Notes: a model not told the origin generated them from the letters alone. A DNA stretch of 64,000 bases from Candidatus Hydrogenedentota bacterium (GCA_045863335.1 BTVY01000015.1:21511-85510); one strand, 5' to 3'; shown: positions 1-10,782, counted from the stretch's first letter. Translations and numbers: made by a program.

Positions 1-217
1 TCCGCATTCCGCATTCCGCAATCCGCAATCCGCAATCCGCAATCCGCAATCCGCATTCCGCATTCCGCATTCCGCAATCCGCAATCCGCAATCCGCAATC
101 CGCAATCCGCAATCCCCATTCCGCAATCCCCATTCCGCAATCCGCAATCCGCAATCCGCAATCCGCAATCCGCAATCCGCAATCCCCAGTCCGCAATCCC
201 CATTCCGCAATCCGCAA
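1..217. repeat. Heptamer tandem array (TCCGCAA/TCCGCAT)n, about 31 units, cut by the window edge
   Basis: Directly visible 7-bp periodicity, with occasional TCCCCAT/TCCCCAG variant units. Confidence 0.97.
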
Positions 218-218
218 T

Positions 219-243
219 AAAAAAGCGCCCCACTGGGAGGCGC
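219..243 (-). terminator. Intrinsic terminator of the RM operon
   Basis: On the minus strand GCGCCTC-CCAGT-GGGGCGC is followed by TTTTTT, about 140 nt downstream of hsdS. Confidence 0.7.
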
Positions 244-381
244 AATAGGTCGCTCCGTAGAGCGTTGCCTGCGGACTGAAAGTCCTTACTGTGATTTGTC
301 GCCGCTCTTTGCAAGGACATGGGTGCCGCGCGATACTCGCCGCCGCAATCGGTTAGTTTCAGCAGTGCTGTCGGCCAGCTT

Positions 382-1611
382 CTACTCCGCGATTAGTTGG
401 CCCGTAAAGGCGCGGGAGAGCAGGACTGAAAAAGCACGTTCCGAGAGATGAAGTGCAGCTGTGGACTGGTTCACCACCTTGTCCCATTGTTCAACCCTCA
501 TGAGAAATCTTCTTTGCATTTCCATTGGTGGAAGAGGGAAGGGAAAATGTTTCACCTGGCTTGAATTAATGGATGCTAAGTTGCTGGTTCTCTTCGCCGC
601 CCTAAAGAAATAAGACTTGGCGTAAGAGGTTCTAAGAGTAGCCGCAAGAAACTCTGGCAGAATACGGCTCTGATCAGGCCTCACTCGAAAAACGTGATTC
701 TGATGAATACATCCATTGACTTGTCCTCTCCAGATGCATCCTCGCCCCAACTTATCAGGATCGCCTCCCTCGGTCATTAATATGTCGCCATCTTCCAGAT
801 GGTATTTTTCTAAATCTGCCGGAAGAACGGATATCTCCTTTACCTCGGATAAATCCAGAAAACCATCCTGAACATTGGCAACCCGCAAGTAGGGAACTAA
901 GATCGTTTCCTTCCCATGTAGTCTTCTCCCTTTTGTAACCCCGGAGCGGATAGCGGCAACTTCCTCCAATGCCACCGATTGGAATGTAGTTCTTTCTGGT
1001 TCAAGCTCGCCAAACAGGCTGTGAAAAGCAGCTGGCAGGATTCGGTCGGCGAGGCGGCGGGCCTCGGCCCGTTTGCGCCGGATCGCGTCCGCCTGACGCA
1101 ACACCTCCACAATCCGCTCCTGCTCCGACAACGGCGGAAGGGGGATATCTACTCCTGCGATATCAGGCAAGCGAAGAGATGGATAGTTATTCCTCGGGGC
1201 AATATCCCTGGCGTCAACAGTCAACAAAAAGAAATAGAGATAATCGGGGATTGCCGACTCCTTCGCTACAATCGTCGCCAAATGCGAAGAGACATAGGCG
1301 GGACAACCCAACATTGCGCGATGGTTTAGAAATGTAGATGCCCCGCTCTTTGGAACAAGTATTGTGGACTCCGGCCAAAGTCGCAGAGTCTTAGTTTGGA
1401 TGGCATGGTCGTTCAACCTGTCCGTGGTTTCGGTTAGGCAAGGCGTCTTGCCTTCTCGACCCACGTCCTGCGTCCGGACGAAAGGATAGACGCCATCATT
1501 AAAGAACTCATTGCCTTGAGGCGCGGAGTTCCCCGCGCCTATCTGCGCGACATCCCTATCTCCGAGCTTCGCCCAGCGCCACCCCTTCGGCAATTTCTTG
1601 CGTCCGGTCAT
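382..1611 (-). CDS. hsdS: Type I restriction-modification specificity subunit
   Basis: N-terminal LPKGWRWAKLG; two TRDs, each followed by PLPPLSEQERI / PLPPMEMQRRF conserved regions; C-terminal LLSRAFTGQL; in an operon with hsdM and hsdR. Confidence 0.93.
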   Translation of the reverse strand: MTGRKKLPKGWRWAKLGDRDVAQIGAGNSAPQGNEFFNDGVYPFVRTQDVGREGKTPCLTETTDRLNDHAIQTKTLRLWPESTILVPKSGASTFLNHRAMLGCPAYVSSHLATIVAKESAIPDYLYFFLLTVDARDIAPRNNYPSLRLPDIAGVDIPLPPLSEQERIVEVLRQADAIRRKRAEARRLADRILPAAFHSLFGELEPERTTFQSVALEEVAAIRSGVTKGRRLHGKETILVPYLRVANVQDGFLDLSEVKEISVLPADLEKYHLEDGDILMTEGGDPDKLGRGCIWRGQVNGCIHQNHVFRVRPDQSRILPEFLAATLRTSYAKSYFFRAAKRTSNLASINSSQVKHFPFPLPPMEMQRRFLMRVEQWDKVVNQSTAALHLSERAFSVLLSRAFTGQLIAE

Positions 1612-2774
1612 CGTCCGGCCTCCTTGCCGATGACGTTCTCGGCGCAGGCGAAGAACTTGCGGAAGCGGTCAACGTCGAGTTCGTGGGCGTTCTGCGCCTC
1701 GGCTTTCCACAGCCGCGCGCCGTCGAGTTCGAGCAAGGGCATCACCGGCTTGAACGGCGCGAGATAGCGCCGCAGGATTTCCTGCCGCTTCTTGTGCGTG
1801 GCCATCTGGCCGTTGCCGCCGAGGGCGTTGACTTCGGCCTCGGCGTCGAGCCGGGAGGTATTGACCATGATGAACGGGAAGGCGGCTTCGTATCCCTCCG
1901 GTTTCTGGACGCCCAGTTCGATAAACTGTTTGACGCGACGGACGAACTCGCCGGGGGCGGGTTCGCTCCATTCGCATTTCTTCTGTGGTAAATGCTTAGC
2001 CCAGTCCGGCGGCGTGGGGGTGAGCCAAGGGCGGCCTGTGGGCAGGATGCGCAAGGCATGAACCTGTTGCGCTCCGTTTGCTCCCTGTGCCCGTCCGATC
2101 ACGGCGCACGGCCCCTTGACCAGCGCGGAAAGCAGCATGGCGTTGGAGACAAAGGCGTCGGCGTTCAAGCCATCCTGCAGAACCATCCAATCCTGGCTGG
2201 GATCGCGCCAGAAGGTCAGGTCGAGGCGTTGTGGCGGACTGTTGGGGATCGATGCCGTGACCGTCGGGAAGAAACATGCGTTGAACTCATCCTCCAGCCA
2301 ATCGAGCGCCAATTCCTTGAGATACAGCGCCTTGACGGTCTGCGGCATCCGGGTCAGTTGCTCGTCGTTGGTGATGAAGAGCAATGAACGCGTTTCCCCG
2401 GCGGTCGCCATTTCCACGGCGTCGGGCGTCTTGACGGGCGGACGGGCGGCATTGTTGACGTTCGACGCGCGGCGGATTCCTGCGGCCTGAATGCCGATAT
2501 TATCGTCCACAGGAACAAGATCGAAGTATTGCCGGACGGCGGAGAGCATGGCGGAATGATCGGACGGGTCCACACGGGCGAGCAGTTCGGCGAGCGTCAT
2601 GGAACTGGTGAAGAGGCGCACGTCGCCCGCGTCCTTGGCTTCGAAGACCGGGCGGAGGCTCTCAGCCCACGGCCATTCGCCCTTGAAGTAATAGAGCAGG
2701 CAATTGGTATCGAGACAGATCAGATTGCCAGGAGCGAGCGCGGATAGGAGAGCGGCCTGAGCGGTCGAGGTCAT
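1608..2774 (-). CDS. PIN (VapC-like) ribonuclease domain fused to an unrecognised ~230-aa C-terminal domain
   Basis: PIN motifs ICLDTN, SSMTLAELL, TPDA, FITNDEQL in the first ~150 aa; 4-bp ATGA overlaps with hsdM and hsdS. Confidence 0.85.
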   Translation of the reverse strand: MTSTAQAALLSALAPGNLICLDTNCLLYYFKGEWPWAESLRPVFEAKDAGDVRLFTSSMTLAELLARVDPSDHSAMLSAVRQYFDLVPVDDNIGIQAAGIRRASNVNNAARPPVKTPDAVEMATAGETRSLLFITNDEQLTRMPQTVKALYLKELALDWLEDEFNACFFPTVTASIPNSPPQRLDLTFWRDPSQDWMVLQDGLNADAFVSNAMLLSALVKGPCAVIGRAQGANGAQQVHALRILPTGRPWLTPTPPDWAKHLPQKKCEWSEPAPGEFVRRVKQFIELGVQKPEGYEAAFPFIMVNTSRLDAEAEVNALGGNGQMATHKKRQEILRRYLAPFKPVMPLLELDGARLWKAEAQNAHELDVDRFRKFFACAENVIGKEAGR

Positions 2775-4570
2775 GCTTCGGCCCCCTCGGCGTCGGAGTC
2801 ATCGGAGAACTTGAACGCGCCCTTCAGCCCGGCGGCGGTCTTGGGGACGGAAATCATGTCGAGCAATTCCTCCAAGTCGCTCTGGATCTCGCGTTCGAGG
2901 TCGAGCAGGCGGTTGATGAGGACTTCGGGCGGCTCGTACTCCTGCGCCTCGGCCTGATGCGGGCAGTAGCGCCCGGCGGTGAGGTTGTAGTTGCTGTTGC
3001 GGATCTCGTCGAGCGAGGCCCACCAGGACTTTTTGCTTTCGGCCTCCGTGGCGGCGTCGGGCTTGAGGCTGGGAACACCCTTGGCGAAGCGGTAGGGGAA
3101 CCGTTCGGTCATGTCCTGCAAGTCGCCGTTGCGTTCCGAGCCATCGGGATTGAACCAGTCGGCCAGCAGGCGGCGCGTCGCGCCCAGGTCCTTGCCGTCG
3201 CTCTCGACTTGGTAGAACCAGACGCGCTGGGGCTTCTCCTCGTCCTTCTTCTTCGGGCGGCGGATGACCACGACGGAGGTGTTCGCGCCGCTGTAGGGAT
3301 TGAAGACGCCGTTGGGCAGAGAGATTACGGCGAGCGTCTGGTAATGCTCGACCATCCGCTTGCAGATGGCGCGCAAGACCTTTTGAGAGCCGAACAGCAT
3401 CCCTTCCTTGATGACGAAGGCGGCGCGTCCGCCGGGCTTGAGAGCGTTGAGCATGTGCTGGGTGAAAAGCGCTTCGTAGAGCTTGATGTGATGCTCGAAA
3501 TGTGCGGTGCGCTCCTGCGCCGTCGGGCCGAAAGGCGGATTCGCGAGGACCACGTCGTAAAGACCGCGCCGAGTTTGCTGCGCCTGGCTGGACAGGCTGT
3601 CGGCTTCCTCCATGTGCGTTGAGCCGTCGCCGTGAAGGATCATGTTCATCAGGCCGAGTTTGTACACGTCGGGCGCTTTCTCGACGGCGAAGAGGTGCTG
3701 CTCTTTGAGTTCCCGCGTGGCGCGTTCGCGCTGGGCGAAATCGCGGACGGTTGCATTGATCTTGTCCTGGACATACTCGAAAGTGCGGACGATGAATCCG
3801 GCCGTACCGCAGGCAGGATCGTAGATGGATTCGCCGCGCGCAGGATCGATCACCTGCACCATACGGTCAATAACGTGGCGCGGCGTGAAATACTGGCCGT
3901 ATTGCTTCTGTTCGCCCAGCTTGTTGACGACGAACTCGTAGGCGCGGCCAAGGTAGTCCCACTTGCCGCCGCTGCTTTCCTGAATCCTGACATCGAGAAG
4001 TCTTTTGCATAGTTCCCGGATGGTGGGATCGTAGCGAACGCGAAGTGAGTGGTTGCGGAAGAGTTTTCGAAACAAGTGCAAATCACGGGTGAGGGGCTGT
4101 TTGATTCGATTGATATCGACTGCCCCATCCGAAGCCGCCGGCTTCTTGTCCGGAAGCCGCCAATATGGCGCCGCCTCTTCTCGCGCGCACAGCCCAGAGA
4201 AGTCGTCACCTTCGTTTAGTGGTTCTACAACATCGCCGATCTTGGCAAGGCCGGAGAAGAGATTCTGCACGAAGGCTACGAGCGATTCGCATCTGTGTTC
4301 CTTGCAGAATTGTTCGGGACTGGTCGACACCATCTCAGTTGCCCATGAGTAGAAGCGCATCTCCTTTGGCAGATAGGGAACGTATGGACCTTTTCCAAGC
4401 TCTTCGAGCGCCTTTTCCTCGGCGCTCTCGCGTTCGTCCCATAGTTTCAGGAAGAAGAAATAGGAGAATTCCTCGAGGTATTCCGTCGTCTTGAGCGTGT
4501 CGTCGCGAAAGACATTTGCGATGCGCCAGAGTTCTTCTCCGAACGAATTGAAGTCAAGCGTCTTTGCCAT
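2771..4570 (-). CDS. hsdM: Type I RM N6-adenine DNA methyltransferase subunit
   Basis: GQYFTPRHV, motif I DPACGTAGF, catalytic NPPF, C-terminal YNLTAGRY. Confidence 0.93.
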   Translation of the reverse strand: MAKTLDFNSFGEELWRIANVFRDDTLKTTEYLEEFSYFFFLKLWDERESAEEKALEELGKGPYVPYLPKEMRFYSWATEMVSTSPEQFCKEHRCESLVAFVQNLFSGLAKIGDVVEPLNEGDDFSGLCAREEAAPYWRLPDKKPAASDGAVDINRIKQPLTRDLHLFRKLFRNHSLRVRYDPTIRELCKRLLDVRIQESSGGKWDYLGRAYEFVVNKLGEQKQYGQYFTPRHVIDRMVQVIDPARGESIYDPACGTAGFIVRTFEYVQDKINATVRDFAQRERATRELKEQHLFAVEKAPDVYKLGLMNMILHGDGSTHMEEADSLSSQAQQTRRGLYDVVLANPPFGPTAQERTAHFEHHIKLYEALFTQHMLNALKPGGRAAFVIKEGMLFGSQKVLRAICKRMVEHYQTLAVISLPNGVFNPYSGANTSVVVIRRPKKKDEEKPQRVWFYQVESDGKDLGATRRLLADWFNPDGSERNGDLQDMTERFPYRFAKGVPSLKPDAATEAESKKSWWASLDEIRNSNYNLTAGRYCPHQAEAQEYEPPEVLINRLLDLEREIQSDLEELLDMISVPKTAAGLKGAFKFSDDSDAEGAEA

Positions 4571-6827
4571 TGTCGGGCATCTCCTCGTCGGGCGGATTCA
4601 GAATCGTCATGGCATCATCGGCAAGGGCAATAAACTCCTTAAGGGAGCCAAACAGGGCCTTGACCCTGGCGATCCCCCCTTGCCCGTCGAGCCACTGCGA
4701 GCGAAGCAATTGCTCGGGAGTTATTTCGGGGTTGGCGTGGCGGAAGTCACAAAGCATCTGCACGAGTTCGCGCTGCTCGCGAATCAGGTCTTTGTCCAAC
4801 GCCCAGCGCTCGAAAAGCCGGCGGCGGCCTATCAAGTCGAAATCCGCTTCCCCTAACGCAACGGCGACAAAGTCCTCAATGTCACCTTCCGGCTCGCCAT
4901 AAAGATCGCGCAAAGTATGAACATCGAAGCCCATTGTGGCAAGAAAAGAATGATCCATCGGCGCATCGCTTTTGAAGTACCGCCAGGAATAGACCGTTTG
5001 AACGAAGCGTTCACGTAGGCCGTCGCGGGACAAGACTTTGCGGAGTTGCCCTTCGATCTGACGGCGCAGGTCTTCGAGCATGGCAGGTGCGAGCACTTCG
5101 GAACTTTCGAGCGTGACGGGAACGTCGAGGATCACCATTTCCTGCGGCTCCGGCGGCTCCGGTTCCTCCTCGCCGCCGACGGGTGGTTCGCCGCCTTCTC
5201 CGCCGCCACCGCGCTCACGGTCGATAATGACTTCCTCTTCCTGTTCGATTGGTTCCTCGGTGACGCCGGGGGTTTCGTTGGTGACGATCTCCGCGGCGTC
5301 TTCGAGTCGGGTAATGTCGACGAAGTCCACCAGCTTGTAGAAGTCCTTGCCTGTCTCGCGGCACTTCCGCGTGCCGCGCCCCTTCATCTGAACGTAGAGG
5401 ATCTTCGATTTCGTGGGGCGGGCCATCAGGATGGCTTCCACGTCGGGTGCGTCGATGCCTGTGTCGAGCATTCCGACCCCAATGGCGATTTTGATGTCGC
5501 CGCCGATGCGCTGGAACTCCTCGATCTTGTCGCGGGCGTCTTTCAGTTCGTTGTGAATGGCGACTATGAAATCCTCCGCCGTAGCATCAGTCGGCGGGAG
5601 GTGATGAAGCTCGTTGTAGCGATTAATTAGCGCGTAGCGTAAGTTAACGGCGTGACGAATGCTGGCGGCAAAAACGATGGTCTTCACGGGATCGCGGCGG
5701 CCAATGACCTCGAAATACTTCTCGGCGATCATGGCGTTGCGCTTGGGCACGTCCACAGCGCGACCCAACTGTTCTGGTTCAAAGTCAAAACCCATGTCAT
5801 GAACACCGTGCAAATCGACGTTCGTGTGAAACTTGAAGTGGTGACACTGGGAGAGAATCCCGTCCTTTTCGCCCTGACGAATCGAGTAGCGGAATATAGG
5901 GCCTTGGTATTGGCCCTTGTCGCAGAAGTAGCGGTCCGTGCTTTGCGTTTCCTTGTCGGCGGGCGTCGCCGTGAGCCCAAGGCGAATCGCTCCGCCTTCG
6001 GCGAAGTGTTCCAGGACGCCATGCCAGTCCCCGTAGTAAGAACGGTGGCATTCATCCAGGAAAACCAGTTGGAAATGATCGGACTTGTAGATCTCGTACT
6101 TCTTGCGGACGGCGAGATGCTGGACCGTGGTCACGAGAATATCAGCGAACTTATCTTCGCGCTCGCCGGTGGCCCTACGGACAGTGAGGGCATCGCCCAT
6201 CTGGTCCTTGAAGGCGCGCTCGGTTTGGCCCGCGAGGGCGTCGCGATCCACGAGAAACAAGGCGCGCTGGATCAGGCCGAGCGACCAGAGTTTCGCAATA
6301 ATGCCTGCGGCGGTGATGGTCTTGCCGGTGCCGGTCGCCATTTGCAGGTACATCCGTTTGCGCCCCGCCTGCACGGCGGAAAGGACTTGCGATACGGCGA
6401 CGCGCTGATAGTCTCGCAAATTGCCGAGGAGAATGTCGGCCTGGGGGCGGAAGAGTTCGTTGAATTCGCCCGGCGTGGGGAACTGCTTGATGCGTTCGGG
6501 TAGCGTGTTGGCTTTGAGGTTCTGGCGCAGGAACATCGCGCCGTCGCTGGCGAAGAGCAAGGGTACGTCATGGCCGGTGTTGCGCTTGTATGCGCGCGCA
6601 TAACCCTTGGCTTGTTCGAGGGCAGCCCAAAGGTCGCGGCCCGGCTTCTTGGCTTCGAGGATGGCCGCAGGCTTGCCGTCATGCAGAAAAACCCGGTCGG
6701 CCTCTTCTCCGTCCAGTTGCTCGCGCCAGCGCTTGCGGGTGACGGTGAAATCAGCTATGTCCCACCCCCTAGCGCGCAGATGCTCCTCCATCAGCACTTC
6801 CGCTTCATCTTCATTCATTATCGGCAT
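4554..6827 (-). CDS. hsdR: Type I RM restriction endonuclease/helicase subunit (compact, 757 aa)
   Basis: PD-(D/E)xK-like ADRVF...ILEAKK plus QAKGY; Q-motif LRDYQ; Walker A MATGTGKT; DECH; TAT; TGIDAPDV; QMKGRGTR. Confidence 0.92.
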   Translation of the reverse strand: MPIMNEDEAEVLMEEHLRARGWDIADFTVTRKRWREQLDGEEADRVFLHDGKPAAILEAKKPGRDLWAALEQAKGYARAYKRNTGHDVPLLFASDGAMFLRQNLKANTLPERIKQFPTPGEFNELFRPQADILLGNLRDYQRVAVSQVLSAVQAGRKRMYLQMATGTGKTITAAGIIAKLWSLGLIQRALFLVDRDALAGQTERAFKDQMGDALTVRRATGEREDKFADILVTTVQHLAVRKKYEIYKSDHFQLVFLDECHRSYYGDWHGVLEHFAEGGAIRLGLTATPADKETQSTDRYFCDKGQYQGPIFRYSIRQGEKDGILSQCHHFKFHTNVDLHGVHDMGFDFEPEQLGRAVDVPKRNAMIAEKYFEVIGRRDPVKTIVFAASIRHAVNLRYALINRYNELHHLPPTDATAEDFIVAIHNELKDARDKIEEFQRIGGDIKIAIGVGMLDTGIDAPDVEAILMARPTKSKILYVQMKGRGTRKCRETGKDFYKLVDFVDITRLEDAAEIVTNETPGVTEEPIEQEEEVIIDRERGGGGEGGEPPVGGEEEPEPPEPQEMVILDVPVTLESSEVLAPAMLEDLRRQIEGQLRKVLSRDGLRERFVQTVYSWRYFKSDAPMDHSFLATMGFDVHTLRDLYGEPEGDIEDFVAVALGEADFDLIGRRRLFERWALDKDLIREQRELVQMLCDFRHANPEITPEQLLRSQWLDGQGGIARVKALFGSLKEFIALADDAMTILNPPDEEMPDNGKDA

Positions 6828-7028
6828 CGGAGTCCCCCTTGGGCGTATCCTTTCTCGGAGTACGCGACGGAGAGGCGGATAACAACCGGATCGTGCCAGC
6901 TACGTTCATCAAAATGCGGCTTTCGCATACTGCAGAAAGACCTCGATCAGCCAAGCCGCTTTGTGTCGGGACGCGATGTACCCGTATTCCGTCATTTATC
7001 CACTTGCTCCCCAAACCCGATACGACAG

Positions 7029-7057
7029 ATGATACTAGATATAATCGTTTACGGCAA
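7029..7057 (-). promoter_or_regulatory. Putative sigma70 promoter of the RM operon
   Basis: Minus strand TTGCCG-17 bp-TATCAT, about 200 nt upstream of hsdR. Confidence 0.55.
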
Positions 7058-7270
7058 TCTGGCAAGACTGTAACCGTTTGTTAGGCAGGAAATCGGCCTC
7101 CCGCCTTTTTCCCGATGCAACACCCCGCGCAATGGCTATAGGGAGAACTGTGCCCATGAACGCCTGCACCCCACCCGTCCGCCAACGTGGACGCGACCCT
7201 CGCGCGCGTCTCCGCGAAGCGTCCGCCCTGGCCCCGGAACCCGGGGACCGCCCGTCATGCACGGCAAAGA

Positions 7271-7296
7271 TGGATCCCCGCCTGCGCGGGGATGAC
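7271..7296. repeat. REP-like palindrome TGGATCCCCGCCTGCGCGGGGATGAC (single copy)
   Basis: ATCCCCGC/GCGGGGAT stem with a GTCA end on the minus strand, typical of short extragenic palindromes. Confidence 0.65.
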
Positions 7297-7567
7297 GGCT
7301 TTGGCCGCGGCCGCAGGTCATTTCGTGTCCGTCCACGTCTTCTTCACGCGCGGCTCGGGATGAAATCGGTGAGAATCGGTGTAATCGGACTTCAGGCACC
7401 GGTGTTCCTCCGCAGCCATCTGCGGTATCTACGGACACAAACCGGACACGATATGGTTACACGGTATCCGCCAGCCTGCATCCAACCCAATTCCCGACAA
7501 TACATATGGTTACAAGAAAATCATGCCATTCATCATTCATCATTCCGCATTCGTCACTTCCTCCCCT

Positions 7568-7817
7568 ACCCCCCTTGAACCGTCAAAACAAAAACGGGGT
7601 GCACCCGGTCCATCAGGCACAGATTCCAAACCCAAAACCCCAGACTAGCCATATCGCGTATGTGGTTACAGGAGAACAAGAATCAAAATCCAGAATCCAG
7701 AATCCGCAATCCGCAATCCGCAATCCGCAATCCGCAATCCGCAATCGAAACGCCTCCGGCCTCCAGTCTCCGGCCTCGAGACCCCCTTGAATCGTCAAAA
7801 CGAAATGGGGGTGCACC
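7568..7817. repeat. Two imperfect ~38-bp direct repeats (7568-7606, 7781-7817), each preceded by a heptamer array
   Basis: ACCCCC(C)TTGAAYCGTCAAAACRAAA..GGGGTGCACCC occurs twice. Confidence 0.85.
7681..7750. repeat. Heptamer array: ATCCAGA x2 plus ATCCGCA x6
   Basis: Directly visible; same unit and orientation as the array at 1-217. Confidence 0.95.
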
Positions 7818-7857
7818 CCCCTGCAAACGGAGACCCCTCGATGTCCCGGACCCCCGG

Positions 7858-7902
7858 AAAAAGAAGAACCGCGCGGCGAAGGTTAATTCCGCCGCGCGGT
7901 TC
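7858..7902 (-). terminator. Intrinsic terminator downstream of hppA
   Basis: 13-bp perfect stem GAACCGCGCGGCG/CGCCGCGCGGTTC followed by a T-rich tract on the minus strand. Confidence 0.8.
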
Positions 7903-7926
7903 GTGCAATCCGTGTCGCGCGTGTCT

Positions 7927-10011
<2,085 letters not shown>

Positions 10012-10059
10012 ACGAATTACCCCCTGTTGCCGTAATCGAGCCGGTTCGACTACGGACCG

Positions 10060-10782
10060 TTACGTCGCCTGCCCGAGCCGCCATCGATCATTCTCGACGG
10101 CCATTCGCGCGGCGTTCTGTTCCGCTTCCTTTTTGCTATGCCCCGTACCGCGGCCCGCGGGTTCGCCGCGGAGGTAGACTTCGACCTCGAACTCCTTCTT
10201 GTGGTCCGGCCCTTCGGACCGGATCACTTCGAATTGGGGGAGTGGAATTCGTTCGGCCTGACAGAGATGCTGAAGTCTCGACTTGTAATCCCAGCCGACC
10301 TCCGCCTCGGTAGCGTGTTCAAATTCGTCTTCGAAGACACTCACCACAAACCGGTGAGCGGCTTCCCAGCCTTGATCGAGATAGACAGCGCCTATCATCG
10401 CTTCCAGGCAATCCGCCAACAATGCCGTGCGCTCGCGGCCGCCGGCGGACTCTTCGCCCTTGCCGAGCCGGATGGCAGGCGCAATATCCAACTGCCGCCC
10501 GATCCGGGCCAGGCATCGCCGGTTGACGAGGCTCGCGCGCATCCGGCTGTACTCGCCCGGGGTACAGTCCGGCATGTGCTCGAAGAGATAGTGAGCCACC
10601 GCCAAACCGAGAACCGCGTCACCGAGAAACTCCAACGACTCGTAGTCGTACTCGGGGCCTTCCTGTTCGGCGGTGATGGAGGCATGAGTCAGAGCCCGGT
10701 CCAGGAGTTCGAGGTCGTGCACGACGAACCCCAGACGCTGCGCTAGTTCTCGTAATTCAGCGGCTCGTTCCCCGTTAACCAT
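10060..10782 (-). CDS. rnc: Ribonuclease III
   Basis: ALTHAS, ESLEFLGDAVL signature, ADCLEA, C-terminal dsRBD (DYKSRLQ...GPDH...SKKEAEQNAA). Confidence 0.96.
   Translation of the reverse strand: MVNGERAAELRELAQRLGFVVHDLELLDRALTHASITAEQEGPEYDYESLEFLGDAVLGLAVAHYLFEHMPDCTPGEYSRMRASLVNRRCLARIGRQLDIAPAIRLGKGEESAGGRERTALLADCLEAMIGAVYLDQGWEAAHRFVVSVFEDEFEHATEAEVGWDYKSRLQHLCQAERIPLPQFEVIRSEGPDHKKEFEVEVYLRGEPAGRGTGHSKKEAEQNAARMAVENDRWRLGQAT

Noticed and set aside
286-384. Possible premature stop in hsdS (TGG to TAG) truncating a C-terminal extension
   Set aside because: The protein already has both TRDs and the terminal AFxG.L motif; the read-through peptide is short and unrecognisable
6811-7065. 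84-aa ORF upstream of hsdR as a candidate antitoxin or controller protein
   Set aside because: TTG start, no HTH/RHH/AbrB pattern, and it overlaps the predicted promoter; cannot be supported
7568-7817. Possible mini-CRISPR (two ~38-bp repeats)
   Set aside because: Only two imperfect copies, a ~175-bp low-complexity gap and no cas genes; reported as a modular repeat instead
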